Assembly: GCF_964213995.1 (NCBI RefSeq)
Contig: NC_135809.1
Location: forward strand, 136,834,001-136,898,000
DNA from: Mustelus asterias
Lineage: Eukaryota
DNA length: 64,000 bases
Direction of reading: 5' to 3'
The notes beneath the pieces were generated by a model. The model made no database searches, was not told the DNA's origin, and was given only the letters and a program-made list of their open reading frames with translations. This document shows, in pieces, positions 24,462 through 37,984 of this stretch (the first letter of the stretch is position 1; each line of letters starts with the position of its first letter). Made by a program: the position numbers and the translations under genes.

Positions 24462-25290
24462 TGTTTAGGGTACCAGATCAGAAACCCCAGTAAGCCAGAC
24501 ACAAACAATTTTTCTATTTTTGCTTTAACGTGAGGTAGGATGTTTCGCTCTAGGTGTGTTTCCACGGACAGACTAAGGAACTTTTATCAAAACAGCTTTA
24601 TTTAATAACACAGTGTCACTATAACAAATGAATTAGCTTAATTTTTAACATTCAAAATGGCAAAATACAATTCTTAACTGCTAACCTATCATTATGAATT
24701 CAAATCAAGCAATATCTCACTTATAGACTTAACCCCTCTTTAAAAGGAGTTAGCTAAGCACAGGCATACTTGCTTTGATTTAGGTTAACAGTCCTGGAAC
24801 TTTCAGATCGCCTCGGAAGTGTGGGGGGGGGGGGGGGGGGGGGGGAGGGGGGGGCAGGGGAGAGAGAGAAAGAGAGAGAGAGCTTCTTTCCTCTACCAGC
24901 TCCAAGCAGCAACCACTGTTATTTAAAATGAAAATGAAACTTTTTCCAAAAACTTTAGCTCCTCCCCGTTAGACACAACATCATACGATCCTGTCAATGA
25001 ACCTAATCAAAAATTCATATGATGATATGGCCCTTTGTACCAAACTCATCTCTCCATTATTTTAATCAAGAAAACACCCCAAAGGCCCTCTTCTTTGGTA
25101 ACAAAAAGTTCATTAAGCCCTCTGCTAAATAAAGACTTATGTGGCTAAAATGAGTAATTTTCCATCTTTTAAAGACAATGACTAATAGAAAATGAGAGAT
25201 ATTATTTCTCCAGAACAGTGAAACCAAAAGACATGGTCTGTCTTGGAAGGGAGCACATTCTAAAGTATTTTGCTGATAAATCATTAACCT
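24462..25290 (-). mobile_element. probable solo LTR (family 2); right end approximate
   Basis: starts tgtttagggtaccagatcagaaacccca; reverse-complement match to 29400-29757. Confidence 0.6.
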
Positions 25291-25625
25291 CAATATTAAG
25301 CTCCCACAAAGGGTGGGAAAGGGTTGAGGTTTAAGTCACTATCCCGATCCGACTCCTATCCACCATGTGTGTGCTTGCTGCTATTTTCATGGCCCAACAA
25401 ACGTCCTCCTCTGGAGAAGTGACACAACTCATTAACATATTTAAATCAGGCTTCCAAAGTACCCAATAGATTTTCCAGGGATTGTACCTTCTGCTGGTGA
25501 AAGGGAGGCAGGAGCAGCCAATGCAAGCTAAGTGTGTTTACAGCATTCTTTGCAGGCTTAAGGGTAGCAGGTGGCTCCCTCTGCTGGCGCCTCAAGAAAT
25601 TATTTTGCAGTCCTGATGGCAGGCT

Positions 25626-25825
25626 NNNNNNNNNNNNNNNNNNNNNNNNNNNNNNNNNNNNNNNNNNNNNNNNNNNNNNNNNNNNNNNNNNNNNNNNNNN
25701 NNNNNNNNNNNNNNNNNNNNNNNNNNNNNNNNNNNNNNNNNNNNNNNNNNNNNNNNNNNNNNNNNNNNNNNNNNNNNNNNNNNNNNNNNNNNNNNNNNNN
25801 NNNNNNNNNNNNNNNNNNNNNNNNN
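25626..25825. other. assembly gap (200 N)
   Basis: run of N. Confidence 1.
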
Positions 25826-25985
25826 GCTCCCATTTTGTATGTTCTTACATTCCTCACCTGACTCACCTGATGAAGGGGCAGCGCTCCGAAAGCTCGTGCT
25901 ATCAAATAAACCTGTTGGACTTTAACCTGGTGTTGTGAGACTACTTACTGTGCCCACTCCAGTCCAACACCGGCAACTCCACATC
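25826..25985 (+). mobile_element. PLE 3' end with hammerhead motif (25864-25898)
   Basis: cac-CTGATGA-aggggcagcgctcc-GAAA-GCTC-gtg, then aataaacctgttggactttaacc...ctccacatc. Confidence 0.85.
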
Positions 25986-26709
25986 TTATGTGACTGTGAG
26001 ATTAATGGCTCCTGATTCCTCAACAACTCCTTTATCATTGTGTCATGTGACTACCAGGATGATAAGAAGCACACTAGCCCTTTCCCGACCCACTAATCCT
26101 TCTCTTCCTGCACCAGAAGCAATGGTTTGTGAGTCATTTATAAACCATCTGCTCCCATTGAATTCAGGCAGCTTCAGTGAACGGAGCAAAGGCTCACGAA
26201 TTTAGCCAGTTATTCGCATCACTCTGCAAATGTCAGCACGTGGCAGGACTTAAATGATTCAAATAGTCTGCAGCAATGGACATAATTATTTAATTTAGCT
26301 TTTGTTCTTCCACTGAAGGGTTTCTTAAATGAGCAATAAATATTTAGTTTTAATTACTTGTCTCTATTTGTTCTCCACCAGTGGGGTGTTGTGGACCAGT
26401 ACCAGCGGGAGACCATTTCACTCTTTTAGCAACCTTAAATTACAGAGACTCCTTAAACACAAAGGAAGCATAAAATCCGTAAATTAAATATTCATTGCAC
26501 GATTATGGAATGCAGGCAGATTTGATGAATGCTTCAATATGCAAAGCTGATGGGAAACAGTTTTGCTGTAACGAGCTGTTAAAATATCGACCTGAGTAAA
26601 AACTGGTTAGAATCAAATTCAAGTAAACTAACTTCTATTACTGTTATTCTGATGAGGAAACGCACAACATGATAATAACTGAGAAATTCAATTTTGAAAT
26701 TTACATTTT

Positions 26710-27050
26710 AAAAAAATTGTTAATGGGATGTGGGCATCACTGGTTAGACCAGCATTTATTGCCCACCCCTCATTACCTTTGAGAAGGTGATGGTGAGCTG
26801 CTTTCTTGAACCGCTGTAGTCCCTAAGGTGTAGGTGCACCCACAGTGCTGTTAGGGAGGAAATTCTAGGATTTGGACCCAGTGACAGTGAAGGAACGGCA
26901 ATATATTTCCAAGTCTGGATGGTGAGGGACTTGGAGGGGAACCTCCAGTTGTTGGCATTCCCAAGCATCTGCTGTCTTTGTCCTTCCCAATGGTAATGAT
27001 CATGGGTTTGGAAGGTGCTGTCTGAGTGAGTTCCTGCAGCGCATCACACG
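26710..27050 (-). mobile_element. L2/Crack-like LINE 3' fragment
   Basis: same family as 38590-38885, 56272-56630 and 61836-62330. Confidence 0.65.
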
Positions 27051-28059
27051 GTACTCACGGCTGTGTTGTCACAGTTATTTTCATTTATATTTGCTGCATA
27101 ATTCTGGTATAATAGAGAATGTGTTTATTTTGTTGTGTATCACAGTTAATCTGTTGGTGATAAAATTTAACTCCAAATAATTTCATCAAAGATGCCAGAA
27201 CAACAGACCATTTTCAACTTTGTTCTGACCATTCCCAATCTATTTTACAATTAATCTGAATGCAATATGACAGGAACCCAGGCTACATCCAAATTATCTC
27301 AGCAGAGGTATTTAAATATCTTCCCCAAACATTAGCATATCAACACTGTAACCTTTGAGTTAATCTTTAATCCCCTTTCTTTTGGATCCTACCCTCTCAC
27401 TTCCTTGTACTTTCCTTCACAATGCATCTGCTTCTCTTTTCTCAGCCTCACTTGCTAATTAAATTTGCTTTCATTCATGTCCAATTTCTATCCTTTGGTA
27501 TGATAATAAGAGGATTCATTCTCTGAGCAGAACTAATGTCAAATGCCTCCTGATGTTGGGGCTTGCTAACTCTGTTGACACACAGGATTACTTGCCACAT
27601 CAGAAATGAACTTCATTATTTTCTGACAAGTGAGCTTTGCTGTCTGATTGTAATGTACTTTATCCTGCCACCAATTTTTAACCAGTTGGGTTCTTGCAGT
27701 GTTGCTCAAACATAGCTGGAGACCTGGAATCTAGCTCCAGATGTAAATCAGCAGTGTTGATAATCATGGCAGCAGCTTGTCCCCAAATACAGCAAATTCA
27801 GAAAAGCAATATATTGCAAAAAAACATTTTAATTGAAGCAGGGAGGGAGGGAAACCCCTGTGTGAAGACTCACAGGACACTAAAGTTGTAGAGCAAGAAG
27901 GTGAGGACAGAAAAGAGCAAATGGCCTTTGTACTGAGAGCCACAGAATACATCCAGGTGACATTGAACTTGTGTCAATGTAAGACTGAAAGTTAATTAGT
28001 GCATGTTGCCTGAGTATTCATTTCGAGAATAATACAAATGCAATAGAAAAGCTCATCAT

Positions 28060-29110
28060 TTTCTTTCTGTAGCTGCACAGGGTCTTGGTGAGACCACATA
28101 GAAATCATAGAAGTTACAGCACAGTAGACCATTCAGCCCATCTTGTTCATGCCAGCCCAGGAACATCAGATACCTTTTCTAATCCCACCGTCCTGCACTT
28201 GGCCCATAGCCCTGTAGCTTCCAGCACTTAAGATACAGATCCAGGTACTTTTTAAAAGGGTTTAGGAGTCTCTGCCTCCACCCCCAACTCAGGCAGTGAA
28301 TTCCAGACACCCGCCACCCTCTGTGTAAAAAGTTCTTCCTCATGTCCACTCTACACCTACTGCCACTTATCTTGAATCTATGTCCCCTGGTTCTAGAATT
28401 CCCCACCAAGGGGAACAATTTTTTCCTGTCGACTCTATCTCTTCCCCTCATAATTTTGCACCACCCTATCAAGTCACCCCTCTGCCTCCTTTGTTCCAAA
28501 TAAAGTAACCCCAACCTACCCAATCTCTCCCCCAGCTACACTTTTCTAACACTGGCAACTGGAGCAATGTGTACAGTTACAGTCCCCTTATTTGAAAAAA
28601 AAATATATTTGCATGAGATGCAGTTCATTAAAGGTTCACTCATCTCACCTTGGGAGGAGGGGTTTATCTTCTGAGGATAGATTGTGCCGATTGGGCTAAT
28701 GTCCATTGAAGTTTGGAAGAATGAGAGGTGATCTCTGTTAGATCCTGAGGAGACTTGACAGGGTGGATACCAATAGGATGTTTCAATTTATCGGGAAGAA
28801 TAAAACTAAGGACACAGTTACAGAACTAAGGTCACAGTTACAGAATAAAAGGTCTCCCTGTTTAGATGTAGATGGGGAGATATTTTTTCTCTCAGAGGGT
28901 TGTTAGCCAGTGGGATTTCCTTCCCCAGAAAGCAGTGGGGGGTGAACCATTGAATTTATTCAGGGCAGAGTTAGGTTTTTGGTAAACAGGGGAGTCAAGG
29001 GTAATAATGGGCAGACAGGAAAGTTGAGACCACAATCAGATCAGCCATGATCTGAGCAGGCTCAAAGGGCCGAATGGTCTGCTCTTGCTCCAAAGTCATA
29101 AGTCTTATGT
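28060..29110 (+). mobile_element. old CR1 3' fragment containing a nested minus-strand CR1 (28097-28560)
   Basis: ORF 28179..28523 RGDL..RGHRFK; host resumes at gagcaatgtgtacag and ends agtcttatgt. Confidence 0.8.
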
Positions 29111-29149
29111 CTGACTGAAGTCATGCCTGAGTGATCAACAACTACCATA

Positions 29150-29757
29150 CCATCATTAACCTGTATTGCCCAAGATAGCAGTAATGTTATCTACAAGCCC
29201 TGGCGCACCTACTTAGCATGCATATCACAGCAAATATCTTTGCATTGTTTGGGCCGTCAGATGGTCAGATGCAGACCACTTCCATCTTCTCAAAGGACAT
29301 CTAAAACTATCCTGCAGCAGAGAGAAGACTGGGAGCTCTCTCTCTCTCTAATAGCAGTGAGCTCTCTCTCTACAAAAACTCTCTGGAAGCTCCAAAGCTG
29401 TTAACCCAAGTTAAAACAAATATGCCAAGACTTGCTAACTATACTTAAATGGGGTTTAAGTCTATTAAAGAAATATTGCTTAATTGGAACCGAATAGTGA
29501 TAAGTTAGAAGTTAAGAGTTGTTTCTTTTCATGTTTAAAGATTTTTCAACAGTTAAGAGATAAACTGTTTGCTTTTGTTAGTGTTAGACTTTAACTGTGT
29601 TATGAATAAAACATGTTGTGATAAAGGATCCCTAATTCAGTGGAATCATTCCTGAGGTGAAACATCCTATCCTCACATTAATGCCAAAATAGAAAACTGT
29701 TGGGGTCCAGTCGGGCTTCATAATATACCTTGGGGTTTCCAATCTGGCACCCTAACA
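29150..29757 (+). mobile_element. probable solo LTR (family 2); left end approximate
   Basis: AATAAA near 29605, ends ...caccctaaca; homologous to 24462-25290. Confidence 0.6.
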
Positions 29758-29914
29758 ATAGTCTCATTAGCCTATATGAGTAGCTTCCTACTCATGAGCT
29801 AGTTTGTCACTTGCTCCTTAGCCCTTACCAGTCTCCCTTAAAGCTGGGAGTGGCCATGTCAAAGTGGATGGGTGCCAAGTTTAAGCTTTTAGGAAACGTT
29901 AACCTACTCCCCCA

Positions 29915-31470
29915 TTGGGGAGAGTTACAGAACAAAGAGATCTCAGGGTACATGTTCTTAGCTCCTTGAAAGTGGAGTCACAGGTGGACAGAATGGTGAA
30001 GAAGGCATTCAACATGCTTGGTGTCATTGGTCAGAACATTGAATACAGGAGTTGGGACTTCTTGTTGAAGTTGTACAAGACATTGATAAGGTCACACTTG
30101 GAATAGGGTCTGGTCACCCTATTATAGAAAGGATGTTATTAACCTAGAAAGAGTGCAGAAAACATTTACTTGGATGCTACTGGAATTTGATCGTTTGAGT
30201 GAGAAGGAGAGGCTGGATAGAACATAGAACATAGAAAGCCACAGCACAAACAGGCCCTTCGGCCCACAAGTTGCGCCGATCACATCCCCACCTCTAGGCC
30301 TATCTATAGCCCTCAATCCCATTAAATCCCATGTACTCATCCAGAAGTCTCTTAAAAGACCCCAACGAGTTTGCCTCCACCACCACCGACGTCAGCCGAT
30401 TCCACTCACCCACCACCCTCTGAGTGAAAAACTTACCCCTGACATCCCCCCTGCACCTACCCCCCAGCACCTTAAACCTGTGTCCTCTCGTAGCAACCAT
30501 TTCAGCCCTTGGAAATAGCCTCTGAGAGTCCACCCTATCCAGACCTCTCAACATCTTGTAAACCTCTATCAGGTCACCTCTCATCCTTCGTCTCTCCAGG
30601 GAGAAGAGACCAAGCTCCCTCAACCTATCCTCATAAGGCATGCCCCCCAATCCAGGCAACATCCTTGTAAATCTCCTCTGCACCCTTTCAATGGCTTCAA
30701 CATCTTTCCTGTAATGAGGTGACCAGAACTGCGCGCAGTACTCCAAGTGGGGTCTAACCAGGGTCCTATAAAGCTGCAGCATTATCTCCCGACTCCTAAA
30801 CTCAATCCCTCGATTAATGAAGGCTAGTACTCCATACGCCTTCTTGACCGCATCCTCCACCTGCGAGGCCGATTTAAGAGTCCTATGGACCCGGACCCCA
30901 AGGTCCTTCTGATCCTCTACACTGCTAAGAATGGTACCCTTCATTTTATACTGCTGCTCCATCCCATTGGATCTGCCAAAATGGATCACTACACACTTAT
31001 CCGGGGACATTGGATCTGCCAAAATGGATCACTACACACTTATCCGGGGACTTTTTTCTCTGGAGTGTAGAAGGCTGAGAGCTGATCTTCTAGAGGTCTA
31101 TAAAATAATGAGTGACACAGATCAGCTAGATAGTCAATATCTTTTCCCAAAGGCAGCAGAGTCTAAAACTAGAGGGCATAGGTTTAAGGTGAGAGGGGAG
31201 AGATACAAAAGTGTCCAGAGGGGTAATTTTTTCACACTGAGGGTGGTGAGTGTCTGGAACAAGCTGCCAGAGGCAGTAGTAGAGGCGGGTACAATTTTGT
31301 CTTTTAAAAAGCATTTTAGATAGTTACATGGGTACAATGGGTATAAAGGGATATGGGCCAAATGTGGGCAATTGGGATAAGCTTAGGGGTTTAAAAAAAA
31401 AGAGCGGTATGGACAAGTTGGGCTGAAGGGCCTGTTTCCATGCTGTAAACCTCTATGACTCTATGACTCT
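29915..31470 (+). mobile_element. CR1 3' fragment interrupted by another CR1
   Basis: ORFs 29915..30106 and 30931..31323; (CTCTATGA)n tail. Confidence 0.9.
30218..31050 (-). mobile_element. nested CR1 3' fragment
   Basis: ORF 30300..31022 is intact; 43-bp tandem duplication at its 5' junction. Confidence 0.92.
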
Positions 31471-32113
31471 ACCCAAGCCTCATTCATGCCTGCTGTGGGT
31501 ATTAAAACTCTCCCTTATAAAATCAGCACTTTCAACAGGGTTCTGAATTCCTAATTAACCAGCTCTCATTAACAGATTGTATGTGGCAAGTATCAGATCT
31601 CTTCTAATTCATATATAAATGGAAAATGTTTAAAACACTCAGCAGGTATGACAGCATCTGTAGAGAGAGAAGCAGACTTCTCATTGACCTGAGACATTGG
31701 GCTGAATTTCTTGATGTCTTTTTGAGATGAGCTAGGAGGTTAAAGGGCTGGTGATATGCCAAGGTAAAGCCAAATGAAGTGGGAGCCCAAAATCTTCCCA
31801 CCACAATGGCATATTACTAGTGGCAGGAACCACGGGGCTAAACCACCAGGTGATGAATTGAGTCCCTTAAATGCTGAACTAAGGGACACTTTCTGACCAT
31901 GCTGCCATTTTGCCTGCATCGAGAAACCATTGTTGTATGACAGACCACCAGCCTAAGTTAGCAGCTCTGGGAAGCAGCCTCACTTGGACAGCTTAGATGC
32001 CCACTATTGACAAAAGTGCCAATCTAGGAGCCCTGACACCCAAAAGCATGGAGTAAGGCCTAATTTCAGTCCTGAGGACGAGATATCTTCCCTTCCCCCA
32101 AAATTCACTCACT

Positions 32114-32451
32114 AATCATAGAATCACTACAGTGCAGAAGGAGGCCATTTTGCCCATTCAGTCTTCACCGACTCTCTGACAGAGCATCTTACCCAGGCCC
32201 TATCCCCGTATCCCACATATCAACCCTGCTAATCCCCCCAGCCGGCACACTTTTGGACACTAAGGGGCAATTTAGCATGAACAATCCACCGAACCTGCAC
32301 ATCTTTGAGTGTGGGAGGACCCGGAGGAAACCCACACAGACACGGGGAGAATGTGTAAACTCCACACAGACAATCACCCAGGGCTAGAAGCAAACCCGGA
32401 TCCCTGGTGCTGTGAGGCAGTAGTGCTAACCAATGTGCCACCATGCCGCCC
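32114..32451 (-). mobile_element. HE1-type V-SINE
   Basis: head, V-core and CR1-like tail. Confidence 0.88.
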
Positions 32452-33383
32452 GAAACTCCATGATCCTGTCAAAGCTGCTGAAGGTTTCCAGCATTTTCTG
32501 TTTATCACATTTCCAGCATCTGCGGTATTTTGCTCTTCCAGCTCCTGCTGTCTTTCCTGATATCATTCTGCGATTCATATGAGAGGCTCATTTTGAAGCA
32601 GCCCTGTGTGGCTGCTTTTTAATTAATTCTCAAGCTGTAAGCAATGTTCGTTCTATCAGAGAGTATAGGGCATTAGAGACCGTCGCGTTGACTGGTTTAT
32701 TCTGTGTATCAATGATGAAGCATGAGAGGCCAAGAATGAAACTGACTGTCCCTTCTGTGAAAAAGAGTTTCAGTTTATTAAAAGTGTCGAAAGAAGCCAG
32801 TCGTGGTGATAAGGTCAAACAAAAATCTAAAATGGTTCTGGCAATCAAGTGGCAACAATTAGAAGATTATGCAAATGATCTTGAATGTGATGGCGAGTGC
32901 GAAAATTGCAATTGACTTTCTAATAATGTTAGCCTCGAAGGGGGCCTGGGACGGAAATGAGAAGGCTGCGCTTGTGATGTCGTCAGTCTTGCTGTCAATG
33001 GCTGTGTGGCTTTTTACGAGGCACAGAAGGCCCATGTGAAAGAACGTGAATCAGATGTACTGGCCAGAATGAATTAAGTAACAAGCACCAAGCCTCCCTG
33101 TTGCCTCTTAATAGCTTTTTCTGCGTCAATAGCTTTTACTGTAAACAATGGCAGGAATCTTTTCAATGATTGGATAACTGTCCATGTTTTAATAATGTGG
33201 AAACTACAATCACAGAAGAGTCTTAAATTGAAGGTGGTGCGAGAGCTTCTCATCGGCTTTGACTCTAGTTAAGTATCCAACAGCTAAAGACATTATTTTG
33301 GGCAAATTTGTGTTTAAAAAAACAATGCAATTGTTCAAGCTTGTGCATATAACTCTGCCAATAAAACATATTCATCATCAATG

Positions 33384-33832
33384 CAGTCCAAAGATGTGCG
33401 GGTTAGGTTGATTGGCCATGCTAAAATTGCCCTTAGTGTCCTGGGATGCGAAGGTTAGAGGGATTAATGGGTAAATATGTAGGTTGGAGGGATGTCAGAA
33501 GCTGCAGTGTGACAGAGATAGGATGCAAGACTGGCGGAGAAGTGGCAGATAGACTTCAACCTGGATAAATGTGTAGTGGTCCATTTTGGCAGGTCAAATG
33601 GGATGAAGGAGTATAATATCAAGGGTAAGACTCTTAGCAGTGTAGAGGATCAGAAGGACCTTGGGGTCCAGGTCCATAGGACTCTTAAATCGGCCTCCCA
33701 GATAGAGGAGGTGGTTAAGAAGGCATATGGTGTGCTGGCCTTCATCAATCGAGGGATTGAGTTTAGGAGTCGGGAGATAATGATGCATCTTTATAAGATC
33801 CTCGTCAGACCCCACTTGGAGTACTGTGCTCA
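33384..33832 (+). mobile_element. HE1 SINE fragment fused to a CR1 RT fragment
   Basis: cagtccaaagatgtgcgg...aaatatgtagg, then the ORF 33576 region HFGRSNG..RPHLEYCAQ. Confidence 0.8.
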
Positions 33833-33858
33833 GTCAATGGTGTCAACTGAATCACAAT

Positions 33859-33985
33859 GGCCAGAATTTTACCGCCCCGCCCACCGCGGGAATCGGAGCG
33901 GGCGAAGAGTGGACAATGGAAAGGCCCATTGACCTCGGGTAAGATTTTATGGTTCTGGGGCGAGTGAGGCCAGAAACTCCCACCC
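33859..33985. mobile_element. MITE-like element (GG-ended)
   Basis: ggccagaattttac... / ...agaaactcccaccc degenerate TIRs. Confidence 0.5.
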
Positions 33986-34019
33986 ATTGGCCGTTGTCTT
34001 GTGTGTGAATCAGAATGGT

Positions 34020-34430
34020 TCTGGTTTAAAATGCCACTCCAGAAACCTGAGCACAAACATTAAGCTGACGTTGTGCATCTTGAGGAAGTGTTGCACTGTC
34101 AGAGGTGACATTTTTCAGGTGAGATGAGAAGCCAACATGGTCTCCCCTCTGTGGTGGAGGCAAAAGTTCCCATGGCTCTTTTCTAGATACAGTGGGAGAA
34201 TACCAGCCGCCCCCACCCTCCCTCCCACCTCCCCCACAACCTGGTTGATATTTATCCCTCAACCAACATAACTAACAACAAATGATCTGATCATTATCAC
34301 GTTTGTAGGACCTTGCAGTGCACAAATTAGATAGATTCCCATAGTAAAGCAGTGATTACACTTCAACAGTACTTCTTTTCTTGTAAAACACTTTGGGATG
34401 GCTTGAAAAATGTGACATAAATACAAGTGT
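34020..34430 (+). mobile_element. Deu-domain SINE (SacSINE1-like)
   Basis: gcactgtcagaggtg..ttcaggtgaga..atttatccctcaaccaaca..taaaacactttggga..ataaatacaag. Confidence 0.7.
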
Positions 34431-34642
34431 TTTATGAAAGTCTGTTCATGTCAAATATTCTGTTTTAACCTGTCAGCTGCAAGCTGGAATTGAACTTTCA
34501 AAAAAGCAAACTTTTTGCTAAATGATTTCCACCGAGGTGGCCGACTGCTTTACAATTACAGTTGTTACCAGGCGGAGGTGACTTTTCCCTCTTGGAACCA
34601 CTCAAAGGGATATACCTCACCCCATAATCTTATACAAGTGTG

Positions 34643-35435
34643 TGTAAGGTAGTAGGAAGTTATTGGTTTTGGTAAATTAATACAGGATCTGACACTGTTT
34701 ATCATGAACAATTAACAGGTCTTTATTTTTAAACTGGTGACAACCTGATTAAAACAATTAACAAACTTACTAAACTCCCCAATAGAATGCTGTTCAAATA
34801 TTACAAGACTCCTTCAAGAATAAGGAAATAAATCATTACAGAATTCAGTCACTCTCAACTATTATACAACAATGCATCTTTTGGAAGTATGAACTTTCTC
34901 CGGTGATGCTCTCATCTGGAACACTTCCTGAGTTGGTCTCTCTCTCTCTATTTAGATGGTGATTTTATGAAGACATACATGAAACTGCAGGATTTACATG
35001 AGAGCCTCGCCTTCCCTCCTCCCGACTCAAGCGGTGGCAAGCATACTCTGACAGTTATCCCCCCTTGTCCTGGTTTATATACCTGCAATTACTTCACGTT
35101 TTTGAGTGGCTTGAGGCTGTCAACAGCCCTCACATTTGAATTCCATTGGTTCTGTGTCTGCGTGCTTGCTTGAAATTTATTGGTCCAATTCAAAAGCCTG
35201 TTTTGTCAGGTTGGAACACTGACTGCTAGGCTTTGATTCAAATCTTGCAAAAATCTCCTTCTGCAACCTGCTCTCTGCAATTTAAAATCCACAAAGACGC
35301 CTGTTTTTTTTAAAGAGACAATGCTATATGATTTCTTCTTCTGGTTTTAGCATTTCTTTTCATTATTTACATTTGTCAAACAACACATTTTTAACCTGAC
35401 ATATGCAACTTCACAACACATTTTTACTCATAACA
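34643..35435 (-). mobile_element. candidate solo LTR (family 3)
   Basis: TGT...ACA ends; TATA (tttatata near 35074) and AATAAA (near 34722) on the minus strand; flanks tgtg/tgta. Confidence 0.5.
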
Positions 35436-35519
35436 TGTAAATTATTGTGTGCAAAGGGATATTACGTGATCAATGCCCCCCACACCCCCCAACCGGTAAA
35501 TTATTTTATTTTCAGATTT

Positions 35520-36817
35520 CCATTTCTAGCGGGTTGAGAGCTTCAAGTTTTTAGGTGTCCAGATCACCAACAATCTGTCCTGGTTCCCCCATGCCGACAC
35601 TATAGTTAAGAAAGCCCACCAATGCGTCTACTTTCTCAGAAGACTAAGGAAATTTGGCATGTCAGCTACGACTCTCACCAACTTTTACAGATGCACCACG
35701 GAAAGCATTCTTTCTGGTTGTAATACAGCTTGGTATGGCTCCTGCTCTGCCCAAGACCGCAAGAAACTACAAAAGACTTAATAGAGGTTTATAAAATGAT
35801 GAAGGGGATAGATAGAGTGAACGTTCAAAGACTATTTCCTCGGGTGGATGGAGCTATTACAAGGGGGCATAACTATAGGGTTCGTGGTGGGAGATACAGG
35901 AAGGATATCAGAGGTAGGTTCTTTACGCAGAGAGTGGTTGGGGTGTGGAATGGACTGCCTGCAGTGATAGTGGAGTCAGACACTTTCGGAACATTTAAGC
36001 GGTTATTGGATAGGCACATGGAGCACACCAGGATGATAGGGAGTGGGATAGCTTGATCTTGGTTTCAGATAAAGCTCGGCACAACATCGTGGGCCGAAGG
36101 ACCTGTTCTGTGCTGTACTGTTCTATGTTCTATGTTCTAAAAGCCTCCCATCCATTGACTCTGTCTACACTTCCCGCTGCCTCGGCAAAGCAGCCATCAT
36201 AATTAAGGACCCCACGCACCCCGGACATTCTCTCTTCCACCTTCTTCCTCAGTAAAAAGATACAAAAGTCTGAGGTCATATACCAATCGACTCTTCCCTG
36301 CTGCTGTCAGACTTTTGAATGGACTTACCTTGCATTAAGTTGATCTTTCTCTACACCCTAGCTATGACTGTAACTCTACATTCTGCACTCTCTCCTTTCC
36401 TTCTCTATGAACGGTATGTTTTGTCTGTATAGTGTGCAAGAAACAATATTTTTCACTGTATGTGGCACGGTAGCACAGTGGTTAGCACTGCTGCTTCACA
36501 GCTCCAGGGTCCCGCGTTCGATTCCTGGCTCGGGTCACTGTCTGTGTGGAGTTTGCACATTCTCCTCGTGTCTGCGTGGGTTTCCTCCGGGTGCTCCGGT
36601 TTCCTCCCACAGTCCAAAGATGTGCGGGTTAGGTTGATTGGCCAGGTTAAAATTGCCCCTGAGATGCGTAGGTTAGAGGGACTAGCGGGTAAATATGTGG
36701 GGGTAGGGCCTGGGTGGGATTGTGGTCGGTGCAGACTCGATGGGCCGAATGGCCTCCTTCTGCACTGTAGGGTTTCTATGATTTCTATGACATGTGACAA
36801 TGATAAATCAAATCAAA
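35520..36817 (+). mobile_element. Rex1/Babar 3' fragment with nested CR1 (35774-36138) and HE1 SINE (36462-36790)
   Basis: ttcaagtttttaggtgtc..tacagatgcacc..; tail gtgacaatgataaatcaaatcaaa. Confidence 0.88.
36462..36790 (+). mobile_element. HE1-type V-SINE
   Basis: near-identical to 17497-17843 and 50447-50789. Confidence 0.92.
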
Positions 36818-37984
36818 TTTTTATTCTCTTTGAAACTCCATAAAACAGATATTTTCCCATTGAACAAATCAACTGGGAAAATACTTCACATGTTGTGAGT
36901 AACAATGTAATTGTAAAGCAGTCTTATATAATTACAATATTAATTGACTCATATTTTTGTTGCTGCATAAAATTGGAATGCAGTTTCACAACTAGGAGCA
37001 TAATTAAAAATGTGATTTGTGTATTGAAGAAATACACAGAAATACCATGTAATAACAAACATAATTTATATCAGGAATTAAATAATTTCCTCCTGATTGA
37101 CTGCTTTGGAAACATACACTTTCTGTGCTTGCTTACACAAGATAGATTGCAGACAAAGACCAGAGAGAGGATTTGTCAACTAAAATAACTCTGGTTATAA
37201 GGTATAAATGTTATCACATCAGCAAATTGATCAGGGTTGAATGAGATTTTTGTTTGAATTATGCTGGCATGATAAAATTGATTCAAAGGTCTGCCTGAAG
37301 GTTAAATATATGGAAGAATTGTCACCAGTCATGAGGGGTGATTGCATCAGTGAATTCTAGCAAGATTTGTGTGTGATCCTGGAGAAAAATCTGTGATATT
37401 GTGCGATCTGATATTTAGTATCTTCTGAGATCAGCTCGATAGGGGCAGGCTTGAAGGGCCGGTGATGTACTCCTGCTTCTATTCGTTGTATTCTTGTGTG
37501 AGTGCCTTTAATTTCTATGTTGCTGAGTCCTTCCAAGCAACAGCAGGTGATATCTGCTAAATCCTCCCAATCTCCAGGGCACAGTCCATCACGCAGGTGC
37601 TGAGATGGTTATCTTGCCAGGCTGGTGAATTTACTCTAACATGGATACTGGCAGTGATGTGAGAAAGCCCTGCACTTTCTCTATCTTACTGCATTCTCCA
37701 TGTGGTCTGACAGGTTCCGAACCCTGGCACGCCAGCCACTTCATTAACTGAAATGGACAAACAGCCAACGACCATTCATCCTGAAAAGAACAAAGGAACA
37801 TAGGAAATAGGAGCAGGAGGAGGCCATTCGGCTCTTCAAACCTGTTCCGCCATTTATTATGATCATGGCTGATCAGTCAACTCAATAACCTAATCCTGCT
37901 TTCCCCCCATAACCTTTGATCCCATTCACTCACCTGCAGCTTCTCCCTTTTTAGATGATAATCTGCCTTTTGATTCCTTCTATT

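Noticed and set aside
36407-36843. Recurrent short ORFs such as GTVAQWLALL and HGSTVVSTAAS, and tRNA-like heads
   Set aside because: They are translations of HE1 SINE copies; the heads are SINE Pol III promoters, not tRNA genes.
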